64,000 nt of DNA from Chrysomallon squamiferum (Eukaryota; Animalia; Mollusca), in assembly GCA_012295275.1 (NCBI GenBank), contig CM022672.1, positions 18,538,001-18,602,000 of the forward strand. Direction: 5' to 3'. Shown here piece by piece: positions 1 through 15,932 of this stretch (the stretch's first letter is position 1; the number at the start of each line of letters is the position of its first letter). Under the pieces are notes generated by a model. It was not told the DNA's origin, did not search any database, and saw only the letters and a program-made list of their open reading frames with translations. The translations under genes were made by a program, and so were the position numbers.

Positions 1-155
1 AGACAGAAAGATTTTTTAAATTCTGCAACGACGCAGAGTTGTAATTACGAGCTGTGATGAGAAAATTCAATTATGTTTTCTCGGCTCACATAAATCAGTC
101 TGTTTTAACAAACGAAATATCAGTGATAGGCTACTTCTTATATTATTATTATTAT

Positions 156-186
<31 letters not shown>

Positions 187-1139
187 GTCGGGGGAGTTTT
201 ATCTTATTATACTGTTATTGATTTTTTATATATATATATATATATATATGAATATAAAATATTTTGTCTAAATAGTAAAAACCTAACCAAACAACTTCAC
301 CTAGCAACATAAATATAACACTGATGTAATATTTACAAAAGAAATTTACTGTCATATCTGTCATGAATTGCATGAAATATTAATACAGTTTATGTAACAC
401 ATCATCTTTATTATCAACATTATTTTCGTCGATATTATTATTATCATTATTACTGTTGGTATTTTTATTGCTGTTGCTCTTGTTTTTTTTAGGATAACGA
501 TGTATGGTTATTATTGATTGTTATCGTCATGATTATCATTATAATTATTATTATTGCTAATTTATTACTTTGGTATTGATTTATTGTCATTGATGTTATT
601 GTCATTGTTACTGTACTAATGTTGTTGTTGTTATTATTATTATATCATAGACTCTAGAGGTATATTCAGTTATTGTTGTTAGTATATTGCATAACGGCTC
701 ACGAAGAAGAGAGAAAATTTTAGATTAAATGTATTAATAATGACTACTTCAAAATTCAATAACCGATGTATCAAGGGAACACTGATACACTATAAAAAAT
801 TTAAACAGATCGAATGTTGTATATTCCTGTGCACGAACACACTCCATTATATATTCATATATTATTATTATCAGCAAAAAAATATATATATATAAAAATT
901 ACAATAATTAACATGAAAATTACTTTCATAAACATTTCATTTACAAACGCGAAGCAGTTTCTTTAAGAAATTTATTTGATTTTCAAATATCATCTTTTTA
1001 TTTTTCTTCAAGATATTCAAAAAAAAAAAAAAAAAAAAAATAAAATAAGCAAGCACGTGTATAACTGAAGAATTTTCTGATATATTTTTATATCATATTC
1101 TTCTTCTATTTGCCTGGAATGTATAAGCCAATTTCGCCT

Positions 1140-1175
<36 letters not shown>

Positions 1176-1539
1176 TTCCTTTCGTTTTAAACACTTTTAT
1201 TCACGATTTCGTACTGAACACTTCTTTACATTTTCTATCCTCTTATCTTCATTTCTTTGAGATTCCTTTGACGTCCCCTAAAAATGTAGTCTTGATGGAG
1301 AGGAATTTGACTTTTAAATTCACTGGTGAAAAAAAAGAAAAAGAAACAAAAACAAATAGAGTTAAAAACGTTATCTACTGTAAGCTGAAATATTTATGCG
1401 TTGCGTACTTTCGAGAATGTCAAACACTTGAGATGTTTTTGTTAAGCGAAACTGATAAAATACCGTTAGAATATTTTTTTTTTGTTTATATATATTTTTT
1501 TTGTTTAGGATATAAGTAGACAGACAAATATAAAAACTG

Positions 1540-1995
1540 ATACATACATACATACATACATACATACATACATACATACATACATACATACATACATACA
1601 TACATACATACATACATAAATACATACATACATACATATATACTTAAATATAGATACATACATACATATATACTTCTACATACACATACATACATACATA
1701 CATACATACAAACACACATACATGTATACATACATACATAGTACATAAGTATGAACATACATGGTACGTACGTACATACATGCATAATACCGACAGCACA
1801 GTAGCAATAACTGCAGCAAGAGTAGCAGCAACAACAGCAACAATAATAACAATAACAACAACAACAATAATAACAATAACAACAGCAACAATAATAACAA
1901 TAACAACAGCAACAATAATAATAATAACAACAACAACAAAAGTAATAATAATAATAAATAAATAAATAAATAAAGAAGAAGAAGAAGAAGAAGAA
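1540..1995. repeat. Compound microsatellite (TACA)n / (CAA,TAA)n / (GAA)n
   Basis: Directly visible simple repeats. Confidence 0.95.
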
Positions 1996-2062
1996 AGAAG
2001 AAGAAGAATTCTGAAAAATCAATACAGTTTATCTGAAATTCAAGTCATGAAACACGCAGCTT

Positions 2063-2106
<44 letters not shown>

Positions 2107-2395
2107 CAATTCGGTACACGAGAAAAGCTAGTTAATTATGTTTTAACTGTTTGTTTTACCGTAAATAGAAGTAAATACTTCTCTCTGAGATTTATACTGG
2201 CAACTTCGCGGCGCCCGCTGGTAACAGGAAATCTGGTTGCGGTAACGAAGTCGTGTAAAACGTGAAATTCAGGCTCGCAGGCACCGATTTAGTTTCTGGT
2301 TTTTCTGTTCTTGTTCTTTCCTGTCACCGTGCTGCCTAATGGCCTGCGATTGCCATAAAATATGGACTTTAAACTTTCAAATTTGTTTTTTAAAC

Positions 2396-2453
<58 letters not shown>

Positions 2454-2869
2454 TATTATTTTTATTATTATTATTTGTTGTAGGATAAGGTTCAGTCTTA
2501 TTCGTGGATTTTCCATCTGCGATTTTGAATTACAGAGTTCGAAAAAAAAACACCCCAAAAAACCAAAAAACAACATAAAAACAACAAAAACAACAAAAAA
2601 CAATATTTATATAAATTACTCTACAGTAAATTGTATTCTTGTAGTTGCACGCTAGAAGACTGTAGTCAGTATGATCTACGTAGGTTTTTAGTAGTTTCTG
2701 ATAGTATGTGTATGAACAGTTTTAAGTTAGGAATCTGTACTGGGTGATGTTGTGCAGTTTTACATGTGTCCCGAGCAACAGCAGTTTTGTGAACATTCGC
2801 AGTGAGTCCTGGATATAGGAACCAGCGGGGAAAAAACGTGGAGACTGTATTTCCCGTTCTACTCTCGTA

Positions 2870-3115
2870 CTTTCCATTTTAGTCTTTAATTTCCCATTTC
2901 ATACTTTGATTCACGTTATCGCAATCGAGTTCAAACTTTGATTTTCCATTTACACGTTTTGATTTCCCATTTCATGCTTTGATTCACATTATAGCTTTTC
3001 GAGTTTATATCTGAGCCATTGATTTCCCAATTCAGCGTTTGATTTCCCATTTCAGCTTCTTTACAATTTTCAATTTTTCATTTTATTTCCCATTCTAGAC
3101 TTTGATTTCCCACTT
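2870..3115. repeat. Degenerate short-period tandem repeat (TTTGATTTCCCATTTCA core)
   Basis: The core ttgatttccca or close variants recur roughly every 20-45 bp. Confidence 0.7.
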
Positions 3116-3235
3116 TTGCCTTCATTTCTTAATAACCAAACAAACCAAGAAATAGTTACATTTCTCCAATTTTATTAAATTCTTACCGATCGTTACATAT
3201 AATTCAATTGCCAAAAACTCATTTCTTTCCGTTTA

Positions 3236-3279
<44 letters not shown>

Positions 3280-4484
3280 CGAAAATAAAATAATTTAATA
3301 ACGGCTTGAAAACAAAATTATAAAAATTATGTAAAACCTTTTTATACATAATTTTTTTTTTTTATTATTTTTTTTTTTTGCCCTTCTTGTAACCATGTGA
3401 GGAAGACAATTTAGTGACGTAGTCAGAACAGCTATGATGTAATAACTTCAGTCGCGTAACACCAGCTAAGTCGCCAAGTCGTATTGTTATAACAAGTGAC
3501 AGTGTCTTAGCCAATCAAATCAGACCTGTTAAAGGTGAATACCATTGACATACTTTTAAGAATCAATGGATATAGCGAGGACGTTTGTGTAGTGGGAATG
3601 TTTAGAGTATGTCTCTTTTACACTTTAACTATTTCTTCTTTGAATGTTCTTCCATCAGATTAGAAATTTTTAAAATCTAATTCCGTTAAATTTTTGTTTG
3701 TTTTTTTCTTTTCTTTCCTTTTCTTTTCTTTCCTTTTCTTTTCCCTCTCTTCATTTTGTACTTTCTTCACTCTTTCGTTTTCTGTTTTGTTCCCTCTTTC
3801 ACTTTCTTTGTCTCTGTCTCTTTATAGATAGATCTGTCTGTCTGTCCATGTGTATTTCTGTGTATTCAGTTAAATACTCCCATCATTCCCATCTCACTCT
3901 ACCTTTCCACATTCAGTAATTTTTCGTTATCGTTATCATCGGCATTATCCCACAGTCGTCTCAATATTATCCCATTTCTTCTTGTGCAATATCAGAATAT
4001 TCGTACTAACCCAATGAATTTTGTTTCCTCATTACCGAATACTGCACAATTGACGACGTACATCGAAAGCACCGTGAAGTTCTTGTACGTCTTGGAAACC
4101 TTTCAATTCTTTTTTTTTTTTTTCTCTCGAAAATTAACGATTTTTGCTAAAACGAAATCGTGTGATGAGAACGTACAATTAAGGAACGAGGAACAACGAC
4201 CCTAATCGATTTGTGAGACGGCTGTGAACACGAACAGGAACAACTCTGGTAAAGAACGTCGTTTGTAAGAAGTATGAGAACTTCTTCGGCTTAAGCTGGC
4301 CAACAGCTCTGATCCGAAAAGCTCCCAGATTACCCGTTCAGAAAAGGTTAATTGGCCGAATGTAGCCGTTTAGACCACTATAACATGATCTCATGATGTG
4401 TGTTTAATGGACGAGAGGGCATGAGTTCGAGTCTCTGCACTGTTACAGAAGTTGAAGGATACACACACACATACAGATTATTCA

Positions 4485-4830
4485 ATACCTAAAATACACG
4501 TACGTAAGACTGAGATTATTCAAATCCTAAAACACATACTTGCCAATGCCAGGTTTCCCACACAAAAAATAGATGCTCGCAAAAATGACGAAATACAAAG
4601 GACAGCGTGCTTCGTGGGAAGCGATGATTACCATCGGTTACTGAGCAACTTTTCACGGTTATCTTTATGGCCAAACGGTAACGTTGTCCGCTTTCGGATT
4701 GTCTGCCAACGGGTGCCATACGTTTGAATTTAGAAAGTGGCAACTGACGGGGCCAGTGCGTTCCCGAATATTTTCTATGTGCAGAGTCTATTCAGACGAA
4801 TATAAGACAGAATATTCAAATCCTAAAATA
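4485..4830 (+). mobile_element. Dispersed repeat family A (tRNA-derived SINE-like), degenerate copy
   Basis: Colinear similarity to the reverse complement of 21051-21453, e.g. catacttgc..tgccagg.ttcccaca, aaaatgacgaaa.acaaa, gattacc.tcg.tta.tgagcaac and gaatatt.tctatgtgcagagtcta.tcagacg. Confidence 0.7.
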
Positions 4831-4920
4831 CATATACATATATAATTAAACATTCATACTTATGTACGTAAATACATTGCAGTAAACACACACGCACATA
4901 CATACATACATACATACATA

Positions 4921-5155
4921 CAGTGGCGTTCAGACGGGAGCCGAAGGGTACTCAAATAGGGGGCATCCAATCAGAGAAAAGAACTTAACAAATTTGGTTG
5001 ATTTATATTCAAATCTAATAAAGTGTATTATTTTATATTTCATCTATGTTTACATATTCAAAATATCTCTCACCACTAAGGCCATATACTCGAGTCTTTG
5101 GGGCATAGAATCAAAGAGTTGGCCCCGGGCATCACCAAACCTCTGCACGCCACTG
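4921..5155. mobile_element. Non-autonomous hAT-like MITE inserted in a (TACA)n microsatellite
   Basis: Terminal inverted repeats CAGTGGCGTTCAGA (4921) and TCTGCACGCCACTG (ends 5155) match at 13/14. Flanks CATACATA (4913-4920) and CATTCATA (5156-5163) form a 7/8 8-bp target duplication, although the microsatellite context weakens that evidence. No transposase ORF. Confidence 0.65.
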
Positions 5156-5346
5156 CATTCATACATACATACATACATATATATATGTATATATATATAT
5201 ATATATATAGATATATATATATATATTGATCAAAAAATCTTAACTATTGTTCTTTTTTAATTTATTCTCAGTGTGTTTATATGTAAGTTGAAAAGACACC
5301 TCTGTTTCTTTTTGTATCCACGAAAGACTCATTTTCATTAAAAGGA

Positions 5347-5391
<45 letters not shown>

Positions 5392-8300
5392 CTTTAACAA
5401 AATATTAAAACACAGTGGCATGATCGTCAAACAGTAAACTATAAAAGTACATTCATGCTGTACGGGAAATTCTCGCCACGGTAAAACTTCAAAGATCTTC
5501 TTTCTAATTGTGTTTACTCTGTTTTGTATTAAACAATCCTCCGCATGCATCGAGCTTAATAAAACTATGAATAATTTAAAATTAATACCCTTTACTGTAT
5601 AAATGCGGGGTCGGGGCGGGGGGGTGTCTTTTTTTTTTTTTTTATTTTTTTAAACTTAACTTTCACGCCTACATCGTTTACCAAATTATGTGCAGCTACG
5701 TCACACGGATGATTACAGATCTGTTTCTGGTTTTTATCAACGTCAACGTGGTAATGTTTTTCTTGATAAACAAAAAATCTAATTAAGATTCTTTGATTAT
5801 GGTTTTACAAATAAGGACTCCAGGGTTCTGTACACTCAGCTGTACGCGCGTGGTTGTATTGTTTGAGATAAAATTTTAAATAACATTTACACAAAGCGAT
5901 TTATTAATTTCGTCATCGTCGTCATCAGAGGCAGCTGCTGCTGCGGCATAATCGTTTATGATAATAATAATAGTAATAATAATAATTATTATTATTGATA
6001 TTATTATTATTATAAAATTATTATTATTATTATTATTATTGTTTTTGTTGTTGTTGTATTACTACATCGATTACTAACATTAATACAACTAATACTAATA
6101 CGAATACATGCATGTATACTTATGCATACATACATGTAAATACATACATACATAAATACATACATACAAAAATACATACATACAAATATACATACATACA
6201 TACATACAAACATACATACATACATACACATGTATATACATATATACATACAAACACATGCTCAAATATATACACACACACATATATATATATACACAAA
6301 GAGACAATCAGTCATATAAATATTTTCTCGTTTTAATGAAAACAGATATGTGTAGGTGGCTTTTAATTAATTTGTTTTTTGCTAATATTTCACGATATGC
6401 AGCAAACTTCGTTGAAGTAAATTAATTTCTGGAAATTTGATATCAGGTTATATTCATTCATGTTGACACTATCGCTACGTCATAACTATTGTCTATTCTC
6501 CGGAATGAAACGACGGAACTGCCCGAAGTTATAACCGAACAGAAAAGTACAAGATTAAGAGGACGTTTCTATTTAATATTGATTTCTCTCCGTTTTTCCT
6601 TTATTTAATTAATTTTTCATTTTGTTGTTGTTGTTTTTATTAGAAAACGGCTTACGTGATTGTGATGTTTACTAAGAAAAGAAGTCAACAGTTGCACGAA
6701 TAACCCTGAAATTAAACCCTGACTAATTTATATGAAAACTTTTAAAATAATAAGGGAAGATTTATTTTTTTTTTTTTTTTTTTTTTAAATACATGATTTT
6801 AACTGTGTTACATGATGGTTAACTTATATAATACGTATAGTAAAAATATTATCCTTATAACCTGAGACAATTCAATTTTGGGGATATGATTATTATGTTA
6901 ACCTTTGCACCTGACGCTGGCATTCAACCCAAGAGTCTGGATCGCCCATGCCTGACTACACGAACTCGTGAACTCTGCTACATTGAATTCGAAGACTTCA
7001 CTATACTACACACTACGGAATACAAATGATGCTGTGACTTTCAACACCGGTCAGAGGCTCGGACAAGATATACGTCGATATCAGGATTCGATCCATGAAT
7101 TTCATAATTTCATACAGAGAAAACAGCATGTGCTGGTTTCCATCAGCAGTTTTCAAGAGCGGTCTGCTCGTCTGAATACCGCGACTTGCTTCTTTGCTAA
7201 CTAGTTTCCAATCTCGAGAAGATTGCTGTTGGGCGTTCTAATTGGTTTTCCCTTGATTACTCATTTTCGTCCACAAAGGAGAGAAATAACTACGTCTTGA
7301 GCTGGGCAGTTTGTCCACTTTCTTAATTTGAATGGCCGAAATTGACCATTGTCGTTCAAAGTACAACGTACTTGTTTCCTGTTGTCGTCTTTCTTGGTTA
7401 TGTTTTTTTCTTTCCTTCTTTCGTTCGTTGTATCCTTTATTTCTTCTTTTTTCTTGTTTGTTGTTGTTGTTGTTATTATTATTATTATTATTATTATTAA
7501 TTGTTATTATTGTTGTGATGATGATGATTATCATTATCGTCATCATGTTTCAGATTTTCATTAAATGAACCATGATGAAACGAAATTCTCTCTCTTTCTT
7601 TATCTCTCTCTCTTATACACAACACAGACACACACACACACACACACACACACACATCAAAATAAATATATATAAATATAAATACACACTCCCAAATATC
7701 TCCATTAAACAAGCCAACTTATTCAAAATTTTCACCTACGTGATCTTTTTAAAACACTACCGAAAAAAAAACAAGCAAAAAAAAAAAAAATGTAACAACA
7801 ACAAAACAAACGAAACTATAACAGAATGTTGCAGAGATTTCTTTGAAAAGATTTATTAATATTGCACACAATTACCTGGAACACAATATCCCACTAAACC
7901 CGCAGTTTCTGATTACGCCCGTATCCCAGAAAGCTGGTTTTCGAAGCTGTAATGGTTTCTGCTGGTCTCCGACGTTCTGATTTACCGTCCAGTAAACCAC
8001 ACGACAGAGCGATATGCAAGTAAGTACGATAATCAGTTCTGATCGCGTATTATTGCAAGGCACAGAGCGTAAATACGAATATCCCAGAATAATCGCAGAG
8101 TTATCTTCGTTATCCTCAGTAATTACTCGAGTTTCTTTGCTCGCAATATTCGGTGCAAATCTCGGATGGATATCCAGGCTGATCGTGTATCAGATCACTG
8201 GATACAGAATGTTAATAACACAGATTACCAAATCTGCTTAGCACAGATAGGAAAATCATGTAGACTGATTCATCATACATATATATACATTTGTATATTA

Positions 8301-8436
8301 TATAGACTTAATAAAGAAAAAAATATATAATATATATATATATATATATATAGCACTAAATACCAATTTCTCTTTGCGTCAGTGGATGGAGAGATATAAT
8401 TATATATTTTACACATGAAGATATTGTTCAAATGTC

Positions 8437-8476
<40 letters not shown>

Positions 8477-8961
8477 GATATACACACGCACATACACACA
8501 CACATACACACGCACGCACGCACACACACACACAGGTACAACACTTAACAACAGACACAACACAACACAAAACGTCGAACAATAAAAACAAAAAAAAAAA
8601 AAAAATCACTCTTCTTTTCGGAATGGTCGAAAATCGAATTACGGTGATTTTTTTAATTCTGATTTCTTGATCGGGTCTCTTGGGGGCGTGTGCTGTCTTA
8701 GTAAATAAACATTGTGTCTGACTTGTAACGACGTCCCTGGCCGTGTTAGTCTTATGCTATCTAAATGAAACGCGAGGCCAGGGAATTCAAACAGACACCA
8801 CGACGTCTTGCAGACCGCTACAATCCAGTGATACGTTGATAACACCGGGAACTGTAGTGTAACGAAACCCGAGAAATCTAGCCACTTCACAACAGAGGTT
8901 CCATTATTATTATTAGTTTTGTTATTTATATTATTGTCGCTGCTGCTGCTACTACTACTAT

Positions 8962-9011
<50 letters not shown>

Positions 9012-11109
9012 TTATTTATATTATTATTACCGCTGCTGCTGCTGCTTTTACTACTACTACTACTACTATTATTATTATTATTATTGTTGTTGTTGTTGTT
9101 GTTGTTGTTTTTAACGAATCTCAGACTAATAGGTATGTAAATCACAGCAATGGTAAACCAGTGGTTTCAATATACTGTTTTAACTCTTTAATATAGTTTG
9201 AAGATTTTATTTTATTTATTTATCTTCTATTTATTTATTTACATACTTACTTACGTCTTTATTTGTTTATTATTATTACTATTATTACCTTATTTTCATT
9301 GTTTATATATATATATATTATTCTTAGAAAAACTTCATTAGCAAAAAGATAATATTTCTTTTGAATTTGATTCTGATATTTTATTACAACAACACCAACA
9401 ACTACTAGTACTACTGCTACTTAATACTATTACTGCTACTGCTTCTACTAATACTACAATTTTCTGTGAACTGACCTTCCTTACGTTGATAGAATTTTAT
9501 TTATTTTCTCTATATTATCCTTCTTTATTTTTTTTCTTTCCAGTACTTTCTTCCTGGTTATTTTATTTATTTATTTATTTTGTTTTTTGTTTCCCCTTTT
9601 AATAAATGTGGATATTTGGCAGATTTTCGAAGTAACTGTCCGTTTGTTTTCGTTCAGCAAACTATTAACCTCACTGGAAGAAATTTTATTTCTGTTTATT
9701 TCCGGATACATAATGTTCAAAATTGTTATAAAACTCCCAACGAAAACAGAGAGTGAGATATTAAATAATATTCATAATAATAATAATAATAATAATAATG
9801 AATAATAATAATAATAATAATAAACATAATAATAGTAGTAGTAGTAGTAGCAGTAATATTACGGTAGTAGTCTCAGTCTCTCTCTCTTACTCTCTCTCTC
9901 TGTTTATCTCTCTCTGTCTCTCTCTCTCTCTGTGTTTCTCTCTCTGTTTATCTTTCTCTCACTCTAACTCACCCTATCTCTCTCTCGAACTTTTCCTCTC
10001 CTTGTCATTCACTCATTCCCCATTCCTTTCATCTCCCTCTTTCTCGAAAAAAAAAATATATATATATATAATAAAAAGAAATAAATAAATAAATAAAATA
10101 AAAAACAAAAAAGTAAATAAATAATTTTATCAAACACCAAGCAAAAGGAAACAAAAAGAAATAAAGTAAAAATGTTGCAGGTCCAGTCGTGGTAGTAGTT
10201 GAAAGAAATAAGTAATCGTTAGGTTTATTAAAGATATTATTTAAAAAAAAAATATTCCTGTTAAAAAAAATTTAATATTGTTCTACAGGCACAGAAAACC
10301 TAAATAATAAACCTATAACATAAATCAGCCTTAAGCGCTTTACGAAAAATGAGTTCAATGGATGGTAGCGATATTTTATTAAAAAAATAATAATAAAAAA
10401 CAAAAAATCAATTTACCCCTGAAAAACATCGATATCTCTTCAGACAAAAACTGTTAACATTAGAGTTTTGTTGCTGTTCCCTTGTTGCTTTCGTAGATAT
10501 CGTTCTACCCTTATAATGCATATTTATTGCTTTATTTATTATTCTTTCAAATTATGATCATTTATATTCTGTTTCTCTGTCTCTTTATGTCTTTGTGTGT
10601 CTCTCTCTGTCTCACATACCTATATACACATATGTGTGTGTGTGTGTATGTGTACTATCTGCGTATCTATATATGTCTATCTGTCTATCTATATATCTGT
10701 CCACCTATTTATCTATCTGTTTGTCTATCTGTCTATATGTCTGTCTGTCTGTATATTTGTTTGCCTATCTGTCTGTCTATACACACATATAACAGACATA
10801 CATCTGAAAATATACTCACATCTACACATATCCGAACGTCTCTTTTCGTTTTTTTTACTTGCTATTTATTTCTATTTTTTCTTCTGTTTTTTCTTTCTCT
10901 CATATTCTTTATATGTCTGTCTCACTGTAGACTATACTACTACTACTACTAATAATAATAAAAAAACAACAACAACGACGACAACAATAATATCGTTAAT
11001 GATAATAACAACAATAATAAAAATAATTATAATTATAATAACAATAATAACAACAACAATAATAATAATTGCAGCAACAGCAAATAAAAACAACAGCAAC
11101 AACAACAAC

Positions 11110-11144
<35 letters not shown>

Positions 11145-11544
11145 TAACAAATGCCAGTCTTCAACAGAAAACATAATTCTAGCCAGACAACTTCATTACA
11201 GTGGTAATAACTTCATAACAAACCAACGTGATCTACAGACATAATTACCGTAATGTCCTCACTATAGACACCCACATATAGATAACCACCACTTACTCGG
11301 CAATTGCAGTATAATTGATTCTGATAACTAATAAATAAAAATTAATGGGTTAGCCTGAAAAATAATACACAGACGGTGAGTTCTTGTTATCAACTTCTAA
11401 GAGGACATTTCAACATATAATAATGCAAATACATTAACAGCAATAAGATTTGCACATCTTCCTTTGTTCGGAATAATATAGACGTGGCGTTTAAGAAACA
11501 AATGGTATGAATAATAGATTTATAAATAAATACATTAAGGATAG

Positions 11545-11593
<49 letters not shown>

Positions 11594-13463
11594 GATATAT
11601 GACAGGAAATTATGGTTTTTTCGTTGTCTGCACATCGGTGAAATGGTTAATGAAACTATGATTATGTTCGAAAATTATGATTATTGTTTCCGAATACACG
11701 TCATTACAAAACCATAATTTAATTACGAAATAACCCTTAGTTAGTTGTAACCCTGATTTTAATTGTTATTACTGTAATTATTTCCGCTGGTTTAGGATTG
11801 TAAATTTTTCACTAGACTATTTTTTTTATTATTATTCATTATTTTTTAAAAGACCGTTACCTTAAGCAGAGTTCTTGTTAAGTAATGTGAGGGTTTGTTC
11901 ATCTGTTATTTATAATAAAATATATGTATTACTGTGAACAAATTTTAATATGTTCATACCAGGGTACAGTTCCACAGTTATATAAAATTGTTATTGTTGT
12001 TGCTGTTGTCGATTATGATGTTTTATTAATACATTAGTGTCATTAATACATTAGTGTCATCTCAGATATATATATATATATATATGGAATAACTGGTAAC
12101 TGTCTCAAGATATCAGATTTATCTAGCAAAGGTTAAAATGCCGAAATAGCGAGGCTCTGTAGAGCTGCATTAGTGTCGACCTAAACAGGATCAAGCTGAT
12201 TTGTTAGGACAGTAACTAACAATTTTTTTTTCCTGCAATACTAAATACTATAAAAACTAAATAAAACTAACTGTTTTATTTCTCAACTCACTGTGATATA
12301 TATATATATTTTACTGGCATAGACAAACTGGAAATATATATATATATATCTTTCAGTTTGTCTACGCCTCTAATGTAAGCAACAGTTCTTTCTTTCTTTC
12401 TTCTTTTTTTTTTTCTATTTTTTTTTATATTCATTTTTATTTTTATTTTTTTATTTTTTTATTTATTTATTTATTTTTATTTTATTTATTTACTTTTTTT
12501 TTGGGGGGGGGATTATTTTTCATCTATTTGTAAACATGCACACGTTTTAAAATAGTTTTCAGTTCTACGAAATGCAACCAAGAACGTTCCTCGTAATCTA
12601 CAGAAGTTATTTCATCATGGGAATTATCTTTGCTGAGATTCCTGTCTATATTTTCTACTGTTATTTTTTTATATATATTTTTTTTTTCTTTTTGTTTTCT
12701 TGTTTCAAAACGATTATCCAGAATCTTTCTGTACAGTATACAACAAAACCTCTTAGAATCATAATTTGACTTTCTGAAACTTTCTCACTTATTATTGTTA
12801 TTAATTCGTATCCAAAAGGGTTAAAATTAACATAACAAGTATTGAAGAATATATTTTTCTTGTTTTTCGACACAGTAAAACTTTCACTCATTAAATTTGT
12901 TCGATGCTTCCGTTCTCTTACGTCCCGTTCCAACCACACTCTTTGTATGGGAAAGTTTATTAGAAAATATCTTTCTGTTAACTGGTCAAGATAATTTATG
13001 AAATATTAATTAATTCTTATAAAATTATTATTATTTTCTGAATTCAAAATATACACACACTCTTGCAGTATATATCAATAATTCACACAAACATTAATTC
13101 ATTCATTCATCCGATTCTGATTTTAAAATATCCAATTAAAAAACATGAAAATAACAAAGAAATGTTCAGTAAATCACTTTACAATGTTAGACTGTTAATA
13201 AGATGTCTGCTGTATCTGTGTTAAACATGAACGGGATCAATCAAAATAACTTTTTTATGACCGTGTACCAAGAAGCTTAAGATGTACAGATACACAGAAA
13301 CAGACACAGCTACGGATACAACACAAATATATATACATACATATATTCAAAAAAGATAATAGAATAAAGAACAAAAATAACTTTCAAAAATATTATCACA
13401 TTTTTATACAGAAAACGAACCCGCAACATGACTAAGAGTTAAACACATTTAAGGTGATAAAAT

Positions 13464-13885
<422 letters not shown>

Positions 13886-14750
13886 GTAATCTAAAGCATT
13901 ATACATTAAAGCCAGCGGGGTAGTTGTTCAGTTTGTAAACAGACAGACTGATTGGCGTATAAACAGATGAAATTAAATTATTTAATTAATGGATGGAATG
14001 ACTTACGAATGAGTGCATGGAAGCGTGAACTGCTGTATGAATGGATGATGAATAGGTAGTCTCTTGCATGCATGGACAGACAAACAACTGGATATTTATA
14101 TGCATGAATGAATAGGAGATGAATGGATGATTAAACGGACAGAGGAAAGGAGGGATGGATGAAATTATGAATGGAAGGAGGGAGGAAGAATGGATGGATG
14201 GATGTAGGGAAGGAGTTTAGAGTAACCGATCGATAAAAAGGGTGAGTAGGTGCATGCATACACGAGTGAATATAATGTTAACATAGGCTACATGTATGAA
14301 TGAAGGGAATAAATGGACAAATGTCTTAATGGATGAATAAAAATACATGGATCTGAGCAAACGCGTGGATACATGGATAAACGGATTGCTGAAAGAACTG
14401 TCAGATCCAGTAATTAATACACAGACCGATGGGCGAGAATTCGGCCAGTGATTGATGGTCGGACGTACGTACGTACGGCCGGACAGATGAATAAATGTCC
14501 ATTTAGATCGTCCAGCTTATCGTTAGAGCCAGTGAATATCTGCAAAACAAAGACATGGCCCTCGGTACATGGATGTTCATGTAATTGGATTTCTTACGTT
14601 TGATGAATGTGCTTGTAAGGCCAACTACGGCTGTTGTCGCGAGAGATCTCAATCACAGTCATAACACAGAGCTTTGCGTAAATCTCTTTTCTTAGGCAGA
14701 TGTTCCGAAGTGCCGCATTTCTCGGAATAAACAACAAGTAAACAGTGGTC

Positions 14751-14832
<82 letters not shown>

Positions 14833-14952
14833 ACAGACACACACACACAGACATACAGACAAATAAATAAATAAATCTACATACATGTTTCCATAACGAA
14901 TCAGAAATTTCTGATATTCTAATTAACTGATTTTTCTTTGATTTGATTCGTA

Positions 14953-14999
<47 letters not shown>

Positions 15000-15459
15000 T
15001 TGATTAATTAGCTACTTTTCCTCTGTGATTAATGTGATTTTGATAAGAGCAAGCTGCATGAATAAATGGATGAATGAATATTTTTCGACTACATCTCAAT
15101 AAATTTCAGTATTAGTGATCACAATGTGTCATGGTGGTGGCTTGAAAGATGACTGTTCTTATCGGTCAGCTGAAAGAAGCTTAAATATTCACCTTTCCAT
15201 AAACTGGAACATTTTTTTTTGGAAAGGCACTTGTGGAGCTATGGCTGGAAACAGAAACAATACAAAAGACAGACAGACGGACGGACGAATACTGATCCTT
15301 TGAATTACAACCAGCTCTAAGTACTAACTCAAACTGCGTCTTTGCTAAAGCAAGAAATTAGTTCTTGTTCGTAAATTTTTTATTTTGTTTTTTTTAGCTC
15401 TGTTTATTAAAAGAGCCTTCTTAAATGGACCACATTCTGATAATAATGCAAATTATGTA

Positions 15460-15932
<473 letters not shown>

